Source of the DNA: an uncultured Eubacteriales bacterium
GTDB lineage: Bacteria; Bacillota; Clostridia; Christensenellales; Borkfalkiaceae
Reading direction: 5' to 3'
Length of the DNA stretch: 40,374 nt
Assembly: GCA_905211955.1 (NCBI GenBank)
Contig: CAJMCT010000001.1
Span: forward strand, 1-40,374
Shown piece by piece: positions 26,301 to 32,020 of this stretch. How positions within the stretch are numbered: position 1 is the first letter of the stretch; the number at the start of each line of letters is the position of its first letter. The notes under the pieces were generated by a model. It searched no databases, was not told the origin of the DNA, and saw only the letters and a list, made by a program, of their open reading frames with translations. A program made the position numbers and the translations under genes.

Positions 26301-27964
26301 GAATCGATACCCTCTGCATATTGAAATTCTAATTGATTTTTCTTTTCCTTTTTAAGTTTATCCAGTTCTTCCTGACAACGTATTGCCAAACTCTTTTGCT
26401 TTTTCTCGACAAGTGCCATATTGCGGCGAATATAATGGTCACGCAAAGATACCTGTGCCTTCGCCATTTCTATACGCTTATCGTATTCATCGTTCAATGC
26501 CGATTCATCACCGTATAAAGCATCGATCTGTTTGTCTTTTTCGGCGGTAGACAATTTTGAGCGTCTAATTTGGTCTATTTTGGAACGAATTGAGCCGAGT
26601 CGTTTCTTCCTTTCGGTTTCAATCGGCGTGATAAGTTGAGTAATCTCGCTTTGGTATGCCTTGTATACATCTTTATCGGAATTATTTATAACGTCGGAAT
26701 CAAGTCTATCGTAAAGCTCTGTTTTGTATTCAATAAGTTGTGCGTCGTATTTTTCTTGCGTTTTAGCAGAAACGCCTGCCATATAACGATTCACCTCGGC
26801 AAGAATTATACCGTTATACTTGCTGTCGATTTCTCCGTATCTTGCAGTCAATTCTTTTTCGTAATTCTTGTCGAGAGCAGATAAATCAGGTTCTATATCT
26901 ATGTACGCGAATAAATATCGTTCACCGAGAAGATACGATTTGATACTTCTGATATTACCTTTATCGTCCGATTTCGGCGGATACGGCGACAACCCCATAG
27001 CGTCCCGAGTATATCGGTTCAGGTTAACCTCAAACTTCGGTTTTCCTTTCCCGTTTCTACCAACCGTTTCGGATAATATTTCCTTTCTGTTCTTTTCTAT
27101 CGCAACGCAAATCAGCGGAAAACCGTCGGCGCCCGCCACTTCTTTCGATAATATTATCTGCTCGCTTTTGCCGAAATCTTTAATTCCGTCCAAAAGAAGT
27201 CCTGAAAAAGCCTCTTCGTTTCTGCGATAGGATTCTTTCGTTATCATATATGCGTCGCATACGTGAACGTCGGTAATTTCTTCGCAACGCTCGGATTGTT
27301 TTCCTAAATAGTATCTGCGAAAATCGATATACCGCAACCATTGATTAAAAATGCCAATCGCCTCGGCGGGATTCGGAACGGGAAATAGTTTAGTGGCTAT
27401 TTCATTTACAAAGTCGTTTGTAAGAACAGAATCGTGCAATTCGCCGTTACCGTAATCAGGAACCGAAAACGTATTTCCGGTATTTCTGCTATATATTTCC
27501 TTCTTTGCAAACGCACAAAGCGACGAACAAAAAACTCGCTTTTCTCCGTATTTTACCGTTCGTCTGTCTATCAAATCTATCCCTTTTACGGATATTTCCG
27601 TAACGTTCCCAAATGTAACGTCGCCGATTATTATAAAGTCGTATGTTTCGGGCAGAATATGGCGAGAGTTTTCATCCGCTTCGGGGCGAATTACGATATT
27701 ACGCAAAATCTTATTCCCACGCTTATTTTCGTCCATTGTTCTGTCAAACGAAGGCAAAGATACGTTGTAATATTTTTCAGGCGTAGACGGAAACGTGTAT
27801 CCGATAAATTCTTGAAAAGTGTCGGGCGCATAACCGCCGAGTTTTCTTTTCAGCGTTTCGTATTGCTCGTTTAACGATTGTGTGAAAAAGTCGTTTCTCC
27901 CCCAAGCCTTATCACCTAAACCTTTATCCAAATTATCCAAGAAATTCAGATATAAGTAAGCCAT
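23339..27964 (-). CDS. 1541-aa Upf1/DNA2-like superfamily-1 helicase with large uncharacterised N-terminal and coiled-coil regions; operon gene 2
   Basis: Motifs read: I LLQGPPGTGKTQ (25865-25888, about residue 693), II VVIVDEVSK (D about residue 1200), III VGDHRQLPP, IV LNKQYRCH, V TVDDFQGDERDIIIV, VI NVALSRARK. Confidence 0.8.
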   Translation of the reverse strand: MAYLYLNFLDNLDKGLGDKAWGRNDFFTQSLNEQYETLKRKLGGYAPDTFQEFIGYTFPSTPEKYYNVSLPSFDRTMDENKRGNKILRNIVIRPEADENSRHILPETYDFIIIGDVTFGNVTEISVKGIDLIDRRTVKYGEKRVFCSSLCAFAKKEIYSRNTGNTFSVPDYGNGELHDSVLTNDFVNEIATKLFPVPNPAEAIGIFNQWLRYIDFRRYYLGKQSERCEEITDVHVCDAYMITKESYRRNEEAFSGLLLDGIKDFGKSEQIILSKEVAGADGFPLICVAIEKNRKEILSETVGRNGKGKPKFEVNLNRYTRDAMGLSPYPPKSDDKGNIRSIKSYLLGERYLFAYIDIEPDLSALDKNYEKELTARYGEIDSKYNGIILAEVNRYMAGVSAKTQEKYDAQLIEYKTELYDRLDSDVINNSDKDVYKAYQSEITQLITPIETERKKRLGSIRSKIDQIRRSKLSTAEKDKQIDALYGDESALNDEYDKRIEMAKAQVSLRDHYIRRNMALVEKKQKSLAIRCQEELDKLKKEKKNQLEFQYAEGIDSEKTEIKNVLLQKLNEDKADKIENETIRRYQIYFRPQDITDKVKEIEKQIEEIAPRYLTYDNRAEKAKIDRQEKALTSILGGYVKNPFLPTYLFSPETLAQSSVEEIKDPEWCLESLNDRQKLAVKRALQSESIFLLQGPPGTGKTQVIAEITAQLTKRGKKVLISSETHKAIDNVFDRLPKIPEIRPLRLIPSQNGKETNYSPERLVDNFYLNICGNLEKQVARYDNYKETREEFDSTMKSLRLDYDRLLKLQRENADTERKRNNLLSEINRLTGENEVLREKLLAAKEDTEKYTRTLKYVESYRFSGEGADSNVLDKYAEQVERLLKCFACFEEVTLDKVAELVNADIQAINKELERFLSEDAIVELKNRQRALRNVLSGLRDPDTDEAPNEGDFNYEEYKKNQSELIAVGKKIKEYENNSEFDIAGSVIYSLVPGITGAKEILKQLPSELAQFKAKLADIVNTQRNIIEFKINGDIDNENAISDKINELKIQISEKKRLYEKLGENPDIEEYGELNSVLKQKIMRFFRDFGIVREYDSDNLETAFDIISDEWNKLETEYNASSSENKIKIPMYKDIVKYLSQEDILEEDRAAYTRELYNSANVFGITCTSRDRFTPSQLAELGKYGIESVDIRTQGIDVVIVDEVSKSSFLDLLIPILYGKTVILVGDHRQLPPMYDLRHMRGDDFDGLDEEKITKEINDGYTKLYEECFFKTLYEKVPSDFRVMLNKQYRCHSHIMEVFNHFYGGNGKGLVVGKKQQDDEKEHNLTVKINGNTVIDPKRHIYFVDCDQKESSAFEGSTSKINEQEAQVAITLLKELDKAAKVLVSEHKIIVDPSRKIDERPSAGIICTYGDQAGLIKKKRKGYQFTGFSGKPDEKLVISTVDDFQGDERDIIIVSMVRNPSGARYDAEFIKKFERINVALSRARKLLIIVGSKKFLSEAGIIDLPDLEGDHSRDKINFPVYREIIDTINFRGRILTAKDILGE

Positions 27965-27965
27965 T

Positions 27966-28490
27966 TTACTCCCCCTTCGTAAATTTACGATACTTATCGA
28001 ATATATCTATATAATCCAAAAATTCCTTTATTTCTGCAGGCGACATACCGTTTGTAATACCGCCGACTTTATCGAGTATAACGCTTTTCGTAAACGGATC
28101 GAGTCCGTTTAATGCTTGCCCCGCAGTCAATTGCTGTTTTAACGCATCGTTTTCGCTTTGTAATCTTTCAAGTTCGTTTGTCAGATTTTCCACAGAAGAA
28201 AGCGACTGCTTTTTATCCTGAATACTGTCTTTCAGAATACTCGAAATTCTGTTGACGTATTGTGCGAGAATATCGGGATCGGACTCGTCAAGAACCAACT
28301 CCAATTCATCTTCGCTTTCCTTCCCGAAAAGATAGAAGATTTTATATTGCTTATCTTTAGGAATATCCGAAAAGTTTTCTAGATTTCGATAATTGTAGAT
28401 CGTCGCTTTGGATATTTCGAGATATTTAATTAAATCCGTAACCTTAATAGAAAATTTCGTAACGAGTCTTTCAAATAATTTCGTTGTCAT
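27966..28490 (-). CDS. HTH DNA-binding protein with a central coiled coil (putative operon regulator); operon gene 1
   Basis: N-terminal HTH-like VTDLIKYLEISKATIYNYRN. Coiled-coil segment LTNELERLQSENDALKQQL. The stop lies 1 nt before the helicase ATG. Confidence 0.6.
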   Translation of the reverse strand: MTTKLFERLVTKFSIKVTDLIKYLEISKATIYNYRNLENFSDIPKDKQYKIFYLFGKESEDELELVLDESDPDILAQYVNRISSILKDSIQDKKQSLSSVENLTNELERLQSENDALKQQLTAGQALNGLDPFTKSVILDKVGGITNGMSPAEIKEFLDYIDIFDKYRKFTKGE

Positions 28491-28519
28491 TTTTGGTACC
28501 TTCTTATCCGTTTGACATC

Positions 28520-28548
28520 ATTATACTATATTAAAAACATAATGTCAA
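28520..28548 (-). promoter_or_regulatory. Consensus sigma-A/sigma-70 promoter of the seven-gene operon
   Basis: On the minus strand: TTGACA (28548-28543), exactly 17 nt, then TATAAT (28525-28520). It lies ~30 nt upstream of the gene 1 ATG. It is bracketed by the 7-bp inverted repeat TTGACAT/ATGTCAA (28542-28548 and 28512-28518). Confidence 0.65.
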
Positions 28549-28814
28549 TACATTTTGTCTAAAATAGTCTAATTTATATCCAATAAAACAAAAAAATTTT
28601 GTAAACAACTAAAAAGTAGTGTTTTTAGACCAATTTAACCATTTCATTCTGCCTTTTCTATGCTTAAGCCGCAATATACGGACCTCATATAAACGCTTAC
28701 GATATTTTCAAAGCAAAAAGAGACTGCCTGTCTTTTTAATTGCAATCTCTTTTACTTAAAGCATTATATTACGTTGTTTTTATAGCAATATATTTACGAA
28801 CTTGCTGTTTGATT

Positions 28815-28837
28815 GTTTCCCCTATGTTTACTCATCT
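28815..28837. repeat. Right terminal inverted repeat of the transposon
   Basis: Plus-strand GTTTCCCCTATGTTTACTCATCT is the reverse complement of AGATGAGTAAACATAGGGGAAAC, which matches the left end at 13078-13101. Confidence 0.7.
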
Positions 28838-28935
28838 TCACTTGACACTCGCCCGTAAAAAACGACACGCCGCTGTCGGTTTCTGTTAGTATTCACACCC
28901 GTAGGCATAACCATACTGTTTTCAACCATTTGCAT
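28838..28935 (-). pseudogene. 5' fragment (32 codons) of the split large serine recombinase gene
   Basis: The minus strand reads MQMVENSMVMPTGVNTNRNRQRRVVFYGRVSS, then enters the transposon end and stops (..EDE-TAA). YGRVS is the serine-recombinase catalytic motif. GGGAGG lies upstream. Confidence 0.75.
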
Positions 28936-29109
28936 TTACCTCCCAACTAATTTATTTTGCGATATAATACTCTCTCCGTATTGAATACTTTTACGCTCAA
29001 TATTCGCATACTTACCATCTTCGATAAAGCCATTGTCACGTAAAATTCTCAATAATTTGAAAGCAATCACCTTGTTTAATACATTCATATTCACTTCTGT
29101 TTTATCCAT
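28936..29109 (-). CDS. Hypothetical 57-aa protein immediately upstream of the split recombinase gene
   Basis: Not in the ORF track (below its cutoff). ATG 29109 is preceded by AAGGAGAGG. Translation is MDKTEVNMNVLNKVIAFKLLRILRDNGFIEDGKYANIERKSIQYGESIISQNKLVGR. Its TAA abuts the recombinase ATG. Confidence 0.45.
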   Translation of the reverse strand: MDKTEVNMNVLNKVIAFKLLRILRDNGFIEDGKYANIERKSIQYGESIISQNKLVGR

Positions 29110-29247
29110 TAACCTCTCCTTATTGACAGGGTACGATAAAACAGTTGAATATGGTTGGCATTGCCACTTTATACTTTATCGTACCCCGATTTTTGTATTC
29201 GTGGAATGCCAAACGGCATTCAAATTATTAAATTGTATCAGACCAGA

Positions 29248-29475
29248 CTACTTATTATCGTTCTTTTCGTACTCGGCTTTCAAAGATTCGTATCCTCTGA
29301 AAATCAACTGCACTTTCGTGATATGGTGTTTCGCCAAAAACGCATTGATTTCATCGAACAAATCGCGCGGAATCATCGTTCCGAAATTACCGCTCGCTTG
29401 TTTACGCTTGTCCTTGTTACGTTCCTCGTAACTTCTTCTTGCCGCTCTGCGCGGCGTTGTTTCTTTCTTTTCCAT
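29248..29475 (-). CDS. Small basic protein, putative RHH-like DNA binder (paralog 3)
   Basis: The likely start is ATG 29475 (MEKKETTPRR), preceded by GGAGG at 7 nt. By eye it is ~55 percent identical to paralog 1 over the core (RRSYEERNKDKRK...GTMIPRDLFDEINAFLAKHHITKV). Confidence 0.6.
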   Translation of the reverse strand: MEKKETTPRRAARRSYEERNKDKRKQASGNFGTMIPRDLFDEINAFLAKHHITKVQLIFRGYESLKAEYEKNDNK

Positions 29476-29488
29476 AAATACCTCCGTA

Positions 29489-29611
29489 TTAGCCTTGTGA
29501 AGTAATGGCACAAATCAACGCACCTATGATGTTCATTACGAAATGCCCTGCAATAAGTACGCCTGCCAACGCAAATCTGCCGATAGTTCCAATTACTTTT
29601 AACACTTTCAT
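29489..29611 (-). CDS. 40-aa hydrophobic peptide (candidate small membrane protein)
   Basis: Hand-translated as MKVLKVIGTIGRFALAGVLIAGHFVMNIIGALICAITSQG. The ATG is preceded by GGAGG at 8 nt. It sits between the TnpV-like gene and paralog 3. Confidence 0.35.
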   Translation of the reverse strand: MKVLKVIGTIGRFALAGVLIAGHFVMNIIGALICAITSQG

Positions 29612-29624
29612 TTTGATACCTCCG

Positions 29625-29981
29625 TTATTTTACATAAACGATTTCATTTAAGATTTCTTCTTCGATAAGCCGTTGCATTTCGGTTTCCCTTTTCAGGTTT
29701 TCCATAAAGTCCGCCGACTTTTTGAACCGCTCTTCTTTCGAAAATTTTTCGTACATCGTTTCGTACAGTTCATCGGCGGCTTTATCTACGCCGTGCAGGT
29801 ATTCAGGAAGATTCGCAATCGTCCAATCGATTCCTTTGTCCTCCAAATACTGTTTAGCAAGCGTTCCGTACTTGCCGTAAACGTGCTTTTCGGGTTTAAC
29901 AGCCTTTTGATAAACCTTGATTTCCGCTACGGTCAATCCCTCGCCCGCTTCCGCTTTTCGCATTACTTTTGCTTTATTCAT
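29625..29981 (-). CDS. TnpV-like transposon-associated protein
   Basis: General resemblance, from memory, to clostridial TnpV proteins (YGKYGTLAKQYLED...PEYLHGVDKAADELYE...EMQRLIEEEILNEIVY). The likely start is the internal M (MNKAKVMRK) at 29981. Confidence 0.5.
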   Translation of the reverse strand: MNKAKVMRKAEAGEGLTVAEIKVYQKAVKPEKHVYGKYGTLAKQYLEDKGIDWTIANLPEYLHGVDKAADELYETMYEKFSKEERFKKSADFMENLKRETEMQRLIEEEILNEIVYVK

Positions 29982-30196
29982 AGTTCCACCTCCGATTATC
30001 TTTCGTCGTATCAATACGATAGCATCCGAATCTGTATTTGTCAAGCTGTTTTGACCACTTTTCATAAAATATTTTCAGAATCTGTCCGTAAAACCGATTT
30101 TGCACTAAAACTATTGATATTTGCATAGTTTTAGCGCATTTTCGGCATAGAAAAGGAACGCTCCGAAGAACGTTCCTTATACCTGTATATATTTTA

Positions 30197-31249
30197 TTAC
30201 TTTGAATTGAAATCTGTTTTCTTTTTTTTAGGAGTATTGCCACCGTTCGCAGTTTGACTCGGACGAATTATTTTCATACCGTATGCGCTTTCGTCTTTGC
30301 CCGCCACCTCGGCGACAAACTCCGTTACCGTCAATTCAGCGGTTTGATTTGTCCTGCCATTTTTCAGTCTGACCACATAGTCTTTCGGTAAATGAAATAC
30401 AATCGCCTTTTCGCTTCGGTTAATGCTAATAAACTTATTCGGAATCTTATATGCATAATCTCCGTACTTATCGTGCTCCGGCATTGCAAATATTCTGTAC
30501 TCCTTATAACTCGCAATCTTCGACGCCGACGAAACGGATATATGTACCGTATTTTTTTCGTATTCCTCGTCTTTTCCGAACATTCCGCTGTCGATTATTT
30601 TTTTAAGCCCCGTAATTGCTTCTTCATAATTGCAAGGTGTATACAACATCGTCCGCGTATGTTCTTCATAGTCCTTTTTATAACACTCTGTTTCTATCAC
30701 TTGTTCAAGCAAAGCAGGAATGTCTGCGTTATTCTGCGCCGATACACATAGCGAGTGATATTTCCGATCCTCCCTGACTCTATGTATAAGCGCGCGGAAC
30801 TCTTCGTTTAATTCCACTCTTCCAAGCAATTGATATATGTCGTAAATATGACGGGAATGCTTTTGCATATCGTCCAAAAGCATATAATCGCACAACGCAA
30901 ACACTTTGTCTACAAGCGTCCTTTCCATTGTTTGGACGTGAATATCGAAAGAAAGAAGCCCGTATTCTTCCGCTTGTTTTGTAAAACCGTTCGCTTTCAA
31001 CCATTCTCCGATAAGAGAATCCGCCTGTTTCACTTCTTCCGGATAACATTCCTGTATAAATACCGTTTCCGCCTTGATGACAGGATCAATCTCATCGTTC
31101 TCAAACAAAAGCGGATAACTTATCTGATAGCAGTTATAATCCCTTCTGCTTCGCGTGTTTTCAAGGTTGTTAATTGTCAGTCCGAGTTCTTCGCAGATTT
31201 TTACAATCGTCGGTTTAACTATCTTTCTTTGCCCTTCCGTACAGCAATG
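30197..31249 (-). pseudogene. AbiEii-family toxin gene, 3' portion (split by the lnu cassette)
   Basis: The frame is open from 31249 (HCCTEGQRKIVKPTIVKICEELGL...RRDYNCYQISYP...ERTLVDKVFAL...SRHIYDIYQL). It has no start codon of its own. It is directly preceded by the in-frame lnu stop codon. Confidence 0.7.
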
Positions 31250-31741
31250 TTATTTTGATAAACTTTCAAGAATTGAAATATCATGCTTATCTTTATCTCT
31301 TAATTCATAACCTGAATGGAAAACTCTTTGGCCTTTTAAGGATATACAAGGAATTGTTTTTCCTTCAAAAAAAGCACTACCAAAGTAATCTTTTTCAAAC
31401 TCATACCAGCCACCCTCTAAATCAGCTTGTTTTGAAGTTCCGTCCTCACTTAAAACGAACGGGTGAATGTCTAAGTAACCAAGTTCATCACTATATAACT
31501 CTATTCTAACCGGTTTCCAGTCTGTATCAATTTTATAGCCCAGATTCAAAAGCACATTTAACAATTTTTCCGTATGTTGAGCATCAAAATTTATATCTAT
31601 ATCTCTATGAATTCTTGTTTGTTTACCAGCTAAAATATCTACACCCCATCCGCCATCCAACCAGTATGTAATTCCAGTATTTTCGAATAATTCTATTACT
31701 TTCATTAAATCTTCTTTTGTTGTTATTTCTTTTCTACCCAT
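31250..31741 (-). CDS. lnu: Lincosamide nucleotidyltransferase, Lnu(A)/LinA family
   Basis: 163 aa. Strong resemblance to Lnu(A): ITYWLDGGWGVDILAGKQTRIHRDIDINFDAQHT, GYLDIHPF, IPCISLKGQRVFHSGYEL. AAAGGAG RBS. Visibly more AT-rich than the flanks. Confidence 0.85.
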   Translation of the reverse strand: MGRKEITTKEDLMKVIELFENTGITYWLDGGWGVDILAGKQTRIHRDIDINFDAQHTEKLLNVLLNLGYKIDTDWKPVRIELYSDELGYLDIHPFVLSEDGTSKQADLEGGWYEFEKDYFGSAFFEGKTIPCISLKGQRVFHSGYELRDKDKHDISILESLSK

Positions 31742-31762
31742 ACAAAGTCTCCTTTACAACTT

Positions 31763-32020
31763 CTAATTTGTAATAATCATTCTAAGGTGTTCGCTGTCAA
31801 GCGTTAAGTCTATATCTTCCGAAAACCTGTTGATTGCCTTATGACATTTGGAAAGCGAAGTACCACCCTTAAAAATAAGTCCAGAAAGTTCTTCGTTAAG
31901 TCGTTTTAATACCAACGTAACGTAATAATCTTTTTCGACAAGTGCAGGAGAAATATTTAACCCTCTGCTTACTGCCTGTACCGCTTCGGTAAAATCCTCT
32001 TTATTCTCATGCAAGTTCAT
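31763..32020 (-). pseudogene. AbiEii-family toxin gene, 5' portion (NTase motifs), truncated by the lnu cassette
   Basis: FKGGTSLSK and RFSEDIDLTLD are the AbiEii nucleotidyltransferase motifs. The frame ends a few codons into the inserted DNA. It overlaps the AbiEi-like gene by 14 nt. Confidence 0.7.

Larger units (their letters stand above)
13076..28839. mobile_element. Tn4451/Tn5397-style mobilisable transposon (~15.76 kb): TnpX-like serine recombinase, MobV relaxase/oriT and a 7-gene cargo operon
   Basis: The element proper is 13078-28837. It is flanked by direct TC (GA on minus) at 13076-13077 and 28838-28839. It has terminal inverted repeats, and removing it restores an intact recombinase ORF. 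Confidence 0.75.

Noticed and set aside
17133-28490. The possibility that the cargo operon is a known helicase-based system such as Mokosh, Hachiman, Druantia or DISARM, or a viperin-type radical-SAM system.
   Set aside because: I could not see the expected partner domains in any of the seven proteins. These include a PLD nuclease, HamA/DUF1837, DruA-D, DUF1998/SNF2/methylase, and a viperin-length radical-SAM with a CMP-kinase neighbour. This rests on recall only and needs profile searches.
28512-28540. A plus-strand TTGACA at 28512-28517 that could be a divergent promoter.
   Set aside because: There is no acceptable -10 hexamer at 16-18 nt spacing on the plus strand and no plus-strand gene downstream. 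The hexamer is better explained as one arm of the operator inverted repeat.
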